DNA of 64,000 nucleotides from the NCBI GenBank assembly GCA_965199715.1, contig OZ241322.1:2048001-2112000 (forward strand), in the 5' to 3' direction. The translations under genes and the position numbers were made by a program. The notes below the pieces were generated by a model. The model was not told where the DNA came from and made no database searches. It saw nothing but the letters and a program-made list of their open reading frames with translations. The stretch is from Vicinamibacteria bacterium (GTDB lineage: Bacteria > Acidobacteriota > Vicinamibacteria > Marinacidobacterales > Marinacidobacteraceae). Positions 10,679-20,432 of the stretch are shown here, one piece after another (position 1 is the stretch's first letter; the number at the start of each line of letters is the position of its first letter).

Positions 10679-11471
10679 CGATCCCCCCCGCCGCGAGGCA
10701 GTACCAGCCGAAGGCGTGGAAGCGTTCCCGCGTCAGCGCCGAGAACACCCAGCGCAGCGCGAGCAGTCCGAATCCGAACGCGGCGGCGAACCCGACCGCG
10801 AGCTCGGGCGCGGCGCCCGTCCACGCCGCGGTCCGCGTCGCGTGGAGCGTCTCGAGCGTCGCCGCTCCGAGGATCACCGGCGCGGACAGCAGGAAGCTGA
10901 AGCGGGCGGCGTCCGCCCCGCCGAGTCCGGCGAGCCGCCCGGTCACGATGGTGATTCCCGAACGGGAGATCCCGGGAAAGATCGCGACCGCCTGCGCCGC
11001 CCCGATGACGAGCGCGTCCCGAACCCCGCGGGGCAGGCGCGGCAGCGCACGCTCGGTTTCGCCGCCCGACGTCCGCTTTCCGGCGAGGAGCAGCAGCGCG
11101 CCGGTGCCCAGCAGGCCGAGCCCGGCGAAGCCGGCGTCGCCGAAGGCGGTGCGGATGACCCCGGCGAGGAGGAAGCCCACCACGATCGCCGGGACCGAGC
11201 CGACGGACAGCAGGACGAGCAGCCGCCGGCTCTCGGGCGGGCCGGAAGGGCCAAGGCCGCGCAGCAGCGTCCGAAGCTCGCGGCGCAGCCAGATCGTCGC
11301 GGCGGCGAGCGTTCCCAGATGCACGACCGCCTCGAACAGAATCCCGGGAGTGGAGACAGCCCCTTCGGGAAGCAGCGCCTCGGCGAGCACGAGGTGTCCG
11401 GAACTCGAGACCGGCAGGAACTCGGTAAGGCCCTGAAGTGTTCCGAGCAGCAGCGCCGCGAGGATTTCCAT
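10656..11471 (-). CDS. uppP: Undecaprenyl-diphosphate phosphatase
   Basis: QGLTEFLPVSSSGHL and PGISRSGITI motifs, multiple TM helices. Confidence 0.96.
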   Translation of the reverse strand: MEILAALLLGTLQGLTEFLPVSSSGHLVLAEALLPEGAVSTPGILFEAVVHLGTLAAATIWLRRELRTLLRGLGPSGPPESRRLLVLLSVGSVPAIVVGFLLAGVIRTAFGDAGFAGLGLLGTGALLLLAGKRTSGGETERALPRLPRGVRDALVIGAAQAVAIFPGISRSGITIVTGRLAGLGGADAARFSFLLSAPVILGAATLETLHATRTAAWTGAAPELAVGFAAAFGFGLLALRWVFSALTRERFHAFGWYCLAAGGIGVGLASG

Positions 11472-11521
11472 GACGTGTTTATCCCGCTATTCCCCGTGTT
11501 TAGGCTATCAACCCTAAAGTA

Positions 11522-12364
11522 ATGCCGCAAGAATTGGAGACGCCGTTCTTCCCCACCCGCGCCCGGGGCCAGAACTTTCTGCACGACCGGGGAGCGGCGC
11601 GGCGCTTCGCGCTCGCCGCGCTCGGCGACGCGCCGCCGGAGTCCGTCGTCGAGATCGGTCCGGGGAAGGGGGCGCTGACGGTTCCGCTGCTCGAGGCCGG
11701 GGCGCGCGTGCTCGGGGTCGAGCTGGACGGTCGCCTCGCCCGGGTCGCTCGGGAGCGCGCGGACCGGCTCGGCTTCGGGGAACGGCTCCGGATCGTCGAG
11801 GGCGACGTCCTCCGGCTCGACCTGGCCGGGACGCTTCGCGACGCCGGGATCGAGCCGCCAGCGCCGCTCGTCGGGAACTTGCCGTTTTCCGTGGCGTCGG
11901 TGCTGTTGCTGCGGCTCCTGCCCGACGGCGCGCCGCTGTTCGCCCCGATGACGCTCTCGTTCCAGCGCGAGGTGGCGGCCCGCGTGACCGCCGCTCCCGG
12001 CGACCCCGACTACGGGGCGCTCAGCGTGGTCGTCGGACAGGCGCTCGTCGCCGATTCATGTTTCCGCATCCACCCGGCCGCGTTCCGCCCGCGTCCCCGG
12101 GTCGTGGCCGAGGTCGTGAAGCTGACCCCCCGACCCGACCCGCCGGACGCGGGCGATCCCGACCGCTTCCGCCGGCTCGTGCGCGGGCTGTTCGCCCACC
12201 GCCGAAAGACGCTGCGGAACTGCATCCTCCGGCTTCCCGACCGGGAGCTCGGGGAGCGGGTGGAGGCGGCCCGGAACGAGCTCGGCATCGACCCCGAACT
12301 GCGGCCGGATCAGCTTGCGGTCGAGGCGTTCGCGGCGATTTCGAGGCTCGCATCCCCGTGTTAG
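11522..12364 (+). CDS. rsmA: 16S rRNA m6,2A1518/1519 dimethyltransferase
   Basis: GQNFL, EIGPGKGALT, GNLPF, FQREVA, RRKTLRN. Confidence 0.95.
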   Translation: MPQELETPFFPTRARGQNFLHDRGAARRFALAALGDAPPESVVEIGPGKGALTVPLLEAGARVLGVELDGRLARVARERADRLGFGERLRIVEGDVLRLDLAGTLRDAGIEPPAPLVGNLPFSVASVLLLRLLPDGAPLFAPMTLSFQREVAARVTAAPGDPDYGALSVVVGQALVADSCFRIHPAAFRPRPRVVAEVVKLTPRPDPPDAGDPDRFRRLVRGLFAHRRKTLRNCILRLPDRELGERVEAARNELGIDPELRPDQLAVEAFAAISRLASPC

Positions 12365-12379
12365 TCTCCGCCCCGGCGC

Positions 12380-13336
12380 ATGCCCGCGGAAGCCTCCCGA
12401 ATCCTCATCGTGGGCAGCGGCCCCGCCGGATACACCGCGGCGCTGTACGCCGCCAGGGCTGAGCTAAAGCCGGTCCTGCTCGCCGGGTCCGGCCTCGATC
12501 CGGACATCGGGCTCCCCGGCGGCCAACTCATGCTTACGACCGACGTGGAGAACTATCCCGGCTTCCCCGACGGGGTCACCGGGGCCGAGATGATGGACCT
12601 GTTCCGCCGCCAGGCGGAGCGTTTCGGGACCGAGATCCACCAGGTGGACGCCACCCGGGTGGACCTGTCCTCGCGCCCGTTCCGGGTCGAGACCGAGGAG
12701 CGCCGGTTCGCCGCCGACGCCCTGATCGCCGCGACCGGCGCCCGCGCCCGCTGGCTCGGCCTGCCGTCCGAGCAGGCGTTCCTGAACCGCGGGGTCTCCG
12801 CCTGCGCGACCTGCGACGGCGCGCTGTACCGGGGAAGCGAGATCGCCGTCGTCGGCGGCGGCGACACCGCGATGGAGGAGGCGCTGTTTCTCACCCGGTT
12901 CGCCACGACCGTCCACGTCATCCACCGGCGCGACGCGCTGCGGGCTTCGCGGATCATGGCCCGCCGCGCCATGGCCCACCCGAAGATCCGCTTCGTGTGG
13001 GATTCGGTGGTCGAGGAAGTCGTCGGCGACGACGACGGCGTGACCGGGTTGAAGCTGAAGAACGTCCGCACGGGCGCCCCATCCGGGCTGGACGTCGGAG
13101 CGCTCTTCCTCGCCATCGGGCACGTCCCGAACACCGAGCTGTTCACCGGGAAGCTGGATCTCGATCCGGTCGGCTACATTCGCGTGCGGCCGGGGACGAC
13201 GAACACCTCGGTCGAGGGGGTGTTCGCGTGCGGCGACGTCATGGATCCCACGTGGCGCCAGGCGGTGACCGCCGCCGGAACCGGCTGCATGGCGGCCATC
13301 GCCAGCGAGCGGTGGCTCGCCGAACAGGAATCATGA
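12380..13336 (+). CDS. trxB: Thioredoxin-disulfide reductase
   Basis: GSGPAG, CATCDG redox motif, GGGDTAMEE, GD...RQAVTAAG. Confidence 0.97.
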   Translation: MPAEASRILIVGSGPAGYTAALYAARAELKPVLLAGSGLDPDIGLPGGQLMLTTDVENYPGFPDGVTGAEMMDLFRRQAERFGTEIHQVDATRVDLSSRPFRVETEERRFAADALIAATGARARWLGLPSEQAFLNRGVSACATCDGALYRGSEIAVVGGGDTAMEEALFLTRFATTVHVIHRRDALRASRIMARRAMAHPKIRFVWDSVVEEVVGDDDGVTGLKLKNVRTGAPSGLDVGALFLAIGHVPNTELFTGKLDLDPVGYIRVRPGTTNTSVEGVFACGDVMDPTWRQAVTAAGTGCMAAIASERWLAEQES

Positions 13337-13833
13337 GACCCCGACCCGCGCTCGTCCTCCTCGGCTTCCTTCTCCTCGGCGCCCAACCCCGGGGGGTGAT
13401 CGGGGAGCTCGCTCCCGACGTGGAGCTGCCCGCGCTCGACGGCGAACCGGTCTCGCTGCGCGGATTCCCCGGCAAGGTCGTGGTGTACGACTTCTGGGCG
13501 GTGTGGTGCGGTCCCTGTGAGGACTCGCTGCCGTTCTACCAGGATCTCCAGGATCGGTACGGGGACGACGGCCTCGTCGTGGTCGGGCTCCACGTGGACG
13601 ACCGCATCCCGCCGATCGAGGAGGTCCGCGCCTACATGGAGAAGCACGGCGTCAGCTACCTGAACGTCATCTCCAGCGCCGAGGCCGACGAGGCCTTCCG
13701 GATCTTCGCCATGCCGACGACCTACATCACCGACCGGGACGGCGTCATCCAGGTGCGCCACATCGGGTTCAACCCGGAACGCACGCCCGCGCGCCTCGAA
13801 GAGGAAGTGCGGGATCTGCTCGGCCTCGAATAG
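13333..13833 (+). CDS. TlpA/ResA family thiol-disulfide oxidoreductase, exported
   Basis: ATG overlaps the trxB stop. Hydrophobic N-terminus, DFWAVWCGPC, cis-Pro MPTTY. Confidence 0.9.
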   Translation: MRPRPALVLLGFLLLGAQPRGVIGELAPDVELPALDGEPVSLRGFPGKVVVYDFWAVWCGPCEDSLPFYQDLQDRYGDDGLVVVGLHVDDRIPPIEEVRAYMEKHGVSYLNVISSAEADEAFRIFAMPTTYITDRDGVIQVRHIGFNPERTPARLEEEVRDLLGLE

Positions 13834-13861
13834 GCGCGGGCGGAAGCCGGGCGGGAGGCGG

Positions 13862-15142
13862 ATGCCCGGACTCGCGGTCGTCGGCACCCAGTGGGGGGAC
13901 GAGGGCAAGGGCAAGTTCGTGGATCTGCTGGCGCCGCGCTTCCACAGCGTGGTCCGGTTCGGCGGGGGCCACAACGCCGGCCACACGGTGGTCGTCGGCG
14001 GCCGCTCGGTGATCCTCCACCTGCTCCCGTCGGCGGTCCTGCATGAGGGAGTGCGCTCGATCGTCGGGAACGGCTGCGTCGTGGATCCCACGGCGCTTCT
14101 GGACGAGATGGCGAGCCTGAGGGCGGCCGGGCTCGCCCCCGAACGGGATCTGGTGCTCTCCGACCGGGCGCAGATCATCCTCCCCATCCACCGCGAGGTC
14201 GAGGCGTACGAGGAGACCTGGCTGGGCGGGCGCCGGATCGGCACCACGGGGCGGGGCATCGGTCCGGCGTACGAGGACAAGGCGGGCCGCCGGGGGCTGC
14301 GCCTCGGCGATCTGCGCTACCCCGAGAACCGGGATCTCCGCCTCGCGCACCTGATCGGATTCCGCGCCCGCCTGCTGGAGTGGGACGCGGCCCGCCGGGA
14401 CGCCGAAATCCGGGAGACGCGGGCGCTCCTCGACGACTTCGCCGCGCGCATCCTGCCGCTGGTCCAGGACACGTCGCTGCTGATCCACGAGACGCTCGCG
14501 GCGGGGCGCGACGTTCTCTTCGAGGGCGCGCAGGCGGCGCTATTGGACGTGGACCACGGGACGTATCCGTTCGTGACCTCGGGAAGCGCGGTTGCCGGGG
14601 CGGCCGCCGTCGGCGCCGGCGTGGGGCCGCAAGCGGTCGCTCGCGTGCTCGGCGTGGCGAAGGCGTACCAGACCCGCGTCGGGGAGGGGCCTTTGCCGAC
14701 CGCGATGGAGGGTCCGGTCGGACGCGCGATCCAGGAGCGCGGGCGCGAGTTCGGCGCGACGACCGGGCGCCCGCGCCGCTGCGGCTGGTTCGACGGCGTG
14801 GTGCTCCGCTACGCGCGCCGGGTCAACGGGATCGACGAGCTCGCGATCACCAAGCTGGACGTCCTCGACGGGCTGCCCGAAATCCGGGTCGGCGTGGGCT
14901 ACCGGCTGGACGGCGAGCCGGTGGCCGAGTTCCCCGGCGAGCACGGCGCCCTCGCCCGCTGCGAGCCCGAGTTCCGCGTCCTGCCGGGCTGGGACCGGCC
15001 CTGCCGGGGCGTCCGCCGGCTCGCCGACCTGGCGCCCGAGGCGCGCGCCTACCTCGACGCCGTCGAGGAATTCGTGGGCGTTCCCATCACCATGGTCTCG
15101 ACGGGTCCCGACCGCGCCGACTCCATCTTTCGGACCGGCTGA
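13862..15142 (+). CDS. purA: Adenylosuccinate synthase
   Basis: QWGDEGKGK, GGHNAGHT, GTTGRGIGPAY, TTGRPRRCGWFD, TKLDVL. Confidence 0.98.
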   Translation: MPGLAVVGTQWGDEGKGKFVDLLAPRFHSVVRFGGGHNAGHTVVVGGRSVILHLLPSAVLHEGVRSIVGNGCVVDPTALLDEMASLRAAGLAPERDLVLSDRAQIILPIHREVEAYEETWLGGRRIGTTGRGIGPAYEDKAGRRGLRLGDLRYPENRDLRLAHLIGFRARLLEWDAARRDAEIRETRALLDDFAARILPLVQDTSLLIHETLAAGRDVLFEGAQAALLDVDHGTYPFVTSGSAVAGAAAVGAGVGPQAVARVLGVAKAYQTRVGEGPLPTAMEGPVGRAIQERGREFGATTGRPRRCGWFDGVVLRYARRVNGIDELAITKLDVLDGLPEIRVGVGYRLDGEPVAEFPGEHGALARCEPEFRVLPGWDRPCRGVRRLADLAPEARAYLDAVEEFVGVPITMVSTGPDRADSIFRTG

Positions 15143-15177
15143 GCGCCCGACCGGGCTGCTAGAATTTCGGGTTCGCC

Positions 15178-15250
15178 GGGCCGTTAGCTCAGTCGGCAGA
15201 GCGCTCGCCTTTTAAGCGAGATGTCGCAGGTTCGAAACCTGCACGGCCTA
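15178..15250 (+). tRNA. tRNA-Lys (TTT)
   Basis: Acceptor GGGCCGT/ACGGCCT, anticodon arm CTCGC-CTTTTAA-GCGAG, GGTTCGAAACC T-arm. TGCTAGAAT extended -10 upstream. Confidence 0.93.
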
Positions 15251-15259
15251 CCCCTTCGG

Positions 15260-15332
15260 GTCCCCATCGTCTAGCGGTCCAGGACATCGCCCTTTCACGG
15301 CGAAAACACGGGTTCGAGTCCCGTTGGGGACG
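15260..15332 (+). tRNA. tRNA-Glu (TTC)
   Basis: Acceptor GTCCCCA/TGGGGAC, anticodon arm TCGCC-CTTTCAC-GGCGA, GGTTCGAGTCC T-arm. Confidence 0.95.
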
Positions 15333-15369
15333 CGCCTGAGCGACTCCCGATCCACCGCACCGCCCCGTC

Positions 15370-18300
15370 TTGACCTTCCTTCGGCCTCCCCGGGCGGTTT
15401 CCGAGGTTCCCGAGGTCGAGGCCGAGATCGCCCGGTTCTGGAAGGAGCGGCGGATCTTCGAGCGCAGCGTCGAGGCGCGGCGGGGCGGCAAGCCTTGGAT
15501 CTGGCACGACGGCCCTCCCACGGCGAACGGCCTGCCGCACAACGGCCACGTCCTCACCCGCGTCTTCAAGGACGTGTTCCCCCGCTACTGGACCATGCGG
15601 GGCCGCCACGTGGAGCGCAAGGCGGGCTGGGACACCCACGGCCTTCCGGTCGAGGTCGAGGTCGAGCGCGCGCTCGGGATCCACGGCCGCGCCGGCATCG
15701 AGGAGTACGGCGTCGGGCCGTTCGTCGAGCGGTGCATGGCGAGCGTCTTCCGCTACATCCGGAACTGGGAGGACATGACGGCCCGGATCGGGCACTGGGT
15801 GGACCTCGAGGACGCCTACGTCACCTACCGGACCGCCTACGTGGAGAGCGTCTGGTGGGCGCTGTCGGAGCTGCGCCGGAAGGGGTTGCTCTACCGGGGC
15901 GAGAAGGTCGTGTGGTGGTGGGCGCAGGGGGGCACCGCGCTCTCCTCCGCCGAGGTCGGGCTCGGCTACCGCGAGGTCGAGGACCCGGCCGTCTATGTCG
16001 CGCTGCCGCTCGAGGACGACCCGGGCGCCTCGCTCGTCGCGTGGACCACGACCCCGTGGACCCTGCCGTCCAACCTGTACGCCGCGGTGCGTCCGGGCGT
16101 GACCTACGCCGAGGTCGAGGACGGGACGCGCCGGCTGATCCTCGCCGACGCGCTCGTCGAGGATCTCCAGGGGCGCCTCGGTCGGCCGCTGCGCCGGCTG
16201 CGGACGCTCGGGGCGGAGGAGCTCGTCGGGCGCCGCTATCGGCCCCCGTTCGAGGACTACTGGAACCGCTTCCGGAACCTCGACGGCGTCCTCCCCGACG
16301 GGAGCCGCGTCCCCGCGTTCTGGCGGGTGCTGGCCGCCGACTTCGTCGAGCTGGACCAGGGCGCCGGCCTCGTCCATGAGGCTCCGGCGTTCGGCGAGGT
16401 GGATCACGAGCTCCACAAGAAGACCGTCTCCGCCTACGCGAACGCCCATGAGATTCCGCTGCCCTGCGCGGTCGGGCCGGACGGGCGCTTCACCGCCGAC
16501 GCGCCGGACCTCGAGGGGCTGTGGGTCAAGGACGCCGACGCCCGGATCCTGCGCATCCTGCGGGAACGGGGGCTCCTCGTGCACCGGGAGACGATCCGGC
16601 ACGAGTACCCGTTCTGCTGGCGCGCCGACGAGGATCCGCTCATCCAGTACGCCCGCCCGGCGTGGTTCATCCGCACCACTCGGCGCAAGGACGAGGCGCT
16701 GCGCAACAGCGGGGCCGTGGACTGGCGCCCCGAGCACATCCGCGAGGGGCGCTTCGGCGACTTCCTGCGCAACAACGTGGATTGGGCGCTCTCGCGGGAG
16801 CGCTTCTGGGGCACGCCGCTGAACATCTGGATCAACGACGAGACCGGCGCCCTCGACATGCCCGCGTCGGTGCGGGAGATCGAGGCGCGCAATCCGGACG
16901 CCTTCCGCGCGTTCCACGAGGAGCGAAAGCGGCGGCCCGAGCTCGATCCCGACCTGATGGTGCACAAGCCGTGGGTGGATCACGTGACCTGGACCCGTCC
17001 GGGCGAGCCCGGCACCTACCGCCGGGTTCCCGAAGTGATCGACTGCTGGTTCGACTCGGGCGCGATGCCGTTCGCCCAGTGGGGGTTCCCGCATCGGAAC
17101 CGGGACCGCTTCCTCCAGTCGTTCCCGGCCGACTACATCACCGAGGCGGTGGACCAGACGCGGGGCTGGTTCTACTCGCTGCTGATGATCTCGACGCTGC
17201 TCTTCGACCGGGACACCTGCGCCCGGCTCGAGATCCCTTCGCCCGAGGGGTCGCATCCCTACCGCTCGTGCCTCGTCCTCGGCCACGTCACCGACCCCGA
17301 GGGACGCAAGGAATCCAAGTCGCGCGGGAACTACACGCCGCCCGAGCGCACGCTGGGCGAGGCCGGCGCCGACGCCTTCCGCTGGTTCTTCCTCGCCGGG
17401 GCCACCCCGTGGGGCGGCAAGCGGCACTCGCTCGACAACGTCCGCGCCGCCGCCCGCGAGTTCCCGCTGCGGGTGCGCAACGTGCTCTCGTTCTTCACCA
17501 TCTACGCCGGGATCGACCGGTTCGACCCGCGCCGCGACGAGGCGCGGCCGGTCTCGGAGCGCTCCCCGCTGGACCGCTGGATCCTCTCCCACCTCGAGGA
17601 GACCACGCTCGCGGTCCGCGATGGACTCGGCTCGATCCGCGCCTACGAGGCGGCGCGCGCCCTCGCCGGGTTCACCGAGTCGCTCTCCAACTGGTGGCTG
17701 CGGCGCAGCCGCCGTCGTTTTTGGGAGTCCGGGCGCGGCCCGGACAAGCTGGACGCCTTCCGCACGCTCTACGACGCGCTCGTCCGGCTGTCCCGGCTCG
17801 CGGCCCCCTTCACGCCGTTCCTCGCCGAGGAGATGCACCGCGCGCTCGTGCCCGGTCCCGACCCCGAGAGCGTGCACCTCGCCGACTGGCCGGAGCCCGA
17901 GTTTCCGCTGGACGCGGCGCTGAACGAGGAGATGCGGCTGCTGCGCGAGGCCGCCTCGCTGGGCCTCAGGGTCCGCACCGAGCGCGGCGTCCGCACCCGG
18001 CAGCCGCTCGCCGCGGCACGGGTGGGGGTCGCCGACGCGGCGCTGCGGGAGCGGCTGGCTCCGCACCGGGAGCTGCTCGCCGGCGAGCTCAACGTCAAGA
18101 CGATCGAGTTCGCCGGGGACTTCGGCGACGCCATGGACGTCCGGGTCAAGCCCCGCTTCCGCCGGCTCGGCCCCCGGCTCGGTCGCGACATGGCCGAGGT
18201 GGCGCGGACGCTCGCCCGGACGCCGGGCCGGGAGATCCGCGACCGGGTGGACGCACAAGGCGGCCTGACCGTCGCGCTCGGCGGCGGCCGCGAGGCGCGC

Positions 18301-18681
18301 CTCGAACCCGACGACCTCGAGATTTCCTCGGCGCCCCGCGACGGCGTAGCGATCGCCGCCGACAGCCGTCTGGGCCTCTCGGTGGCGCTCGAGACCGAGC
18401 TCACCGACGAACTCGTGGAGGAGGGCCGGTACCGGGAGCTGCTGAACCGGGTCCAGAACCTGCGCAAGGACTTCGACCTCCCGTACGACGCCCGCATCCG
18501 GGTGTCGCTTTCGGGATCGCCGCGCCTGCTCGCGCTCGCCCGGGGGCGCGAGGAGCACTTTCGCGCCGAGACGCTCGCGGTGGATCTCGGCGACGGCGAG
18601 CTCGGGACCGGCGCGGCCCGCGAGATCGAGGTCGAGGGCGAGCGGGCCCGGCTCGAAATCCGCCAGGAGGGGACGGCGTGA
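15370..18681 (+). CDS. ileS: Isoleucine--tRNA ligase (IleRS2-like)
   Basis: DGPPTANGLPHNGH, GWDTHGLP, WTTTPWTLP, DWALSRERFWG, DCWFDSG, DQTRGWFY, KESKS. Long C-terminus without a zinc finger is type-2-like. Confidence 0.97.
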   Translation: MTFLRPPRAVSEVPEVEAEIARFWKERRIFERSVEARRGGKPWIWHDGPPTANGLPHNGHVLTRVFKDVFPRYWTMRGRHVERKAGWDTHGLPVEVEVERALGIHGRAGIEEYGVGPFVERCMASVFRYIRNWEDMTARIGHWVDLEDAYVTYRTAYVESVWWALSELRRKGLLYRGEKVVWWWAQGGTALSSAEVGLGYREVEDPAVYVALPLEDDPGASLVAWTTTPWTLPSNLYAAVRPGVTYAEVEDGTRRLILADALVEDLQGRLGRPLRRLRTLGAEELVGRRYRPPFEDYWNRFRNLDGVLPDGSRVPAFWRVLAADFVELDQGAGLVHEAPAFGEVDHELHKKTVSAYANAHEIPLPCAVGPDGRFTADAPDLEGLWVKDADARILRILRERGLLVHRETIRHEYPFCWRADEDPLIQYARPAWFIRTTRRKDEALRNSGAVDWRPEHIREGRFGDFLRNNVDWALSRERFWGTPLNIWINDETGALDMPASVREIEARNPDAFRAFHEERKRRPELDPDLMVHKPWVDHVTWTRPGEPGTYRRVPEVIDCWFDSGAMPFAQWGFPHRNRDRFLQSFPADYITEAVDQTRGWFYSLLMISTLLFDRDTCARLEIPSPEGSHPYRSCLVLGHVTDPEGRKESKSRGNYTPPERTLGEAGADAFRWFFLAGATPWGGKRHSLDNVRAAAREFPLRVRNVLSFFTIYAGIDRFDPRRDEARPVSERSPLDRWILSHLEETTLAVRDGLGSIRAYEAARALAGFTESLSNWWLRRSRRRFWESGRGPDKLDAFRTLYDALVRLSRLAAPFTPFLAEEMHRALVPGPDPESVHLADWPEPEFPLDAALNEEMRLLREAASLGLRVRTERGVRTRQPLAAARVGVADAALRERLAPHRELLAGELNVKTIEFAGDFGDAMDVRVKPRFRRLGPRLGRDMAEVARTLARTPGREIRDRVDAQGGLTVALGGGREARLEPDDLEISSAPRDGVAIAADSRLGLSVALETELTDELVEEGRYRELLNRVQNLRKDFDLPYDARIRVSLSGSPRLLALARGREEHFRAETLAVDLGDGELGTGAAREIEVEGERARLEIRQEGTA

Positions 18682-19883
18682 GATTCTCGAGGGTCGCCGA
18701 GCGGCTCGAAGCCGGCGCCGCGGTCACCGACATCCTGAAACTGGCCGAGCGTCCGGACATCCTCTCGCTCGCCGGCGGGCTGCCCGATCCGGCGGTCTTC
18801 CGCATCGAGGACACCGCCGAGGCGATGGACGCCGTGCTCGGCCGGTCGGCGGCGGCGGCGCTCAACTACTCGCCGGCGGCGGGCGTGACCGCGCTTCGGG
18901 AGTACCTCGCCGACCGCACCGAACGCCGCTTCGGCGTCCCGGCGGATCCGGACGAAATCATGATCTCGAGCGGCGGACTCGAGGGAATCCGGCTAGCGCT
19001 GGCCGCGCTCCTCGACCCCGGCGACGCGCTGCTGCTGGAGAACCCGACCTACATGGCGGTCCTCCACCTGTGCCGCGAGATGGATTTCGTCCCGGTCGGG
19101 GTTCCCGTCGATCGGGACGGCCCGCTGCCCGACGGGCTCGACGCGCGCATCCGCGATCTGGCGGGGCGCGGCATGGCTCCCCGCGTGTTCTACGCGATCC
19201 CCTCGTTCCAGAACCCCACCGGGCGCACGTGGAGCCTCTCCCGCCGCCGGGAAGCGCTGGCGGTGCTCGAACGCCACGGCGTGACCGTCGTGGAGGACCA
19301 CGCCTACGCCGAGCTCGGATACGACGGCGGCCCGCTCCCGCCGCTGAAGGCGCTGGCGCCGGAGCGGACGGTGCTCGTCCACACCTTCTCCAAGATCTTC
19401 GGTCCCGGGCTCCGCCTCGGCTTCGCGGTCGCGGACCCGGAACTGGTGCGCCGGCTCGGGGTCGTCAAGCTGGGAACCGACCAGTGCACCGGCGCCCTCG
19501 TCCAGAGCCTCGCGCTGGCCTACGCGCGGACCGGGGCCCTCGAGCGGCAGGTCGAGGGCGCCCGCGAGCTCTACCGGGGCAAGCGGGACGCGATGCTGGA
19601 GGCCGTCCGGGAGACGTTTCCCGACGGCCCCGAACCCGACCGCCCGGCCGGGGGATTCTTCGTCTGGCTGGACTTCGGGGACCGGCCGCTGCGGGCGGAC
19701 ACGACGAGCCTGCTGCGCGAGGCGGCCGAAACGCACCGGGTCGCGTGGGTGGGCGGCTCCTGCTTCTTCGCCGACCCCGACGATCCGGTCGGAGCGAGGT
19801 CGATCCGGCTCTCGTTCAGCTTCCTCCCGGAAGACCGGCTCCGGGAGGGCGTGCGCCGGGTCGGGGCGGCCATCCAGGGGTGA
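18678..19883 (+). CDS. PLP-dependent aminotransferase class I/II (LysN/MocR-domain-like)
   Basis: GTG overlaps the ileS stop. SLAGGLPDP, FQNPTG, EDHAY, TFSKIFGPGLRLG, IRLSFS. Confidence 0.92.
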   Translation: MRFSRVAERLEAGAAVTDILKLAERPDILSLAGGLPDPAVFRIEDTAEAMDAVLGRSAAAALNYSPAAGVTALREYLADRTERRFGVPADPDEIMISSGGLEGIRLALAALLDPGDALLLENPTYMAVLHLCREMDFVPVGVPVDRDGPLPDGLDARIRDLAGRGMAPRVFYAIPSFQNPTGRTWSLSRRREALAVLERHGVTVVEDHAYAELGYDGGPLPPLKALAPERTVLVHTFSKIFGPGLRLGFAVADPELVRRLGVVKLGTDQCTGALVQSLALAYARTGALERQVEGARELYRGKRDAMLEAVRETFPDGPEPDRPAGGFFVWLDFGDRPLRADTTSLLREAAETHRVAWVGGSCFFADPDDPVGARSIRLSFSFLPEDRLREGVRRVGAAIQG

Positions 19884-20431
19884 TGGCGGGCCGGCTCTTC
19901 GTCGTCTCCGGCCCCTCCGGGGTCGGCAAGTCCACGATCCTCCGGCGGGTCACGGCGGCGGATCCCGACCTGCGTTTCGCCGTGTCCCACACGACCCGGC
20001 CCGAGCGCAACGGCGAGGTGGACGGGCGCGACTACCACTTCGTCACCGCGGACGAGTTCCGGCGGATGGTCGCGGCCTGCGCGTTCGTGGAGCACGCGGA
20101 GGTCCATGGCCACCGGTACGGCACGAGCCGCGCCGCGCTGCGCGCCGGGGGTTCGGAAGACCTGCTCATCGAGGTGGACGTTCAGGGAGCGGCGGCGCTG
20201 CGCGGCCTACCCGGCGTGGTCACGATCTTCATCGCCCCGCCTTCGGTCGAAGATCTTGAATCGAGGCTCCGGGGGCGGGGCCGCGACTCCGCCGAGGCGA
20301 TCCAGGGCCGCCTCGCCGCCGCGCCCGGCGAACTGGACGAGCGCGAACGCTACGACCGGGTGGTCGTGAACGAACACCTCGACGAAGCCGTCGACGAGCT
20401 CGCCCGCGTCATCGCCGAAGCCCGGCGCTGA
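19883..20431 (+). CDS. gmk: Guanylate kinase
   Basis: SGPSGVGKST, VSHTTRPER, GEVDGRDYHF, YGTS, EVDVQG. Confidence 0.96.
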   Translation: MAGRLFVVSGPSGVGKSTILRRVTAADPDLRFAVSHTTRPERNGEVDGRDYHFVTADEFRRMVAACAFVEHAEVHGHRYGTSRAALRAGGSEDLLIEVDVQGAAALRGLPGVVTIFIAPPSVEDLESRLRGRGRDSAEAIQGRLAAAPGELDERERYDRVVVNEHLDEAVDELARVIAEARR

Positions 20432-20432
20432 C

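Noticed and set aside
15333-15369. T-box leader upstream of ileS
   Set aside because: Only 37 nt separate tRNA-Glu from the ileS start, too short, and no T-box motif is present.
15295-18558. Very long antisense and alternate-frame ORFs (e.g. 15295..18558 -, 42257..44782 -, 132..2048 +, and the N-terminal extensions of 40247..44824 and 50263..53856)
   Set aside because: They shadow well-supported genes, are Arg/Pro/Gly-rich and lack motifs. This is expected from stop-codon scarcity at very high GC.
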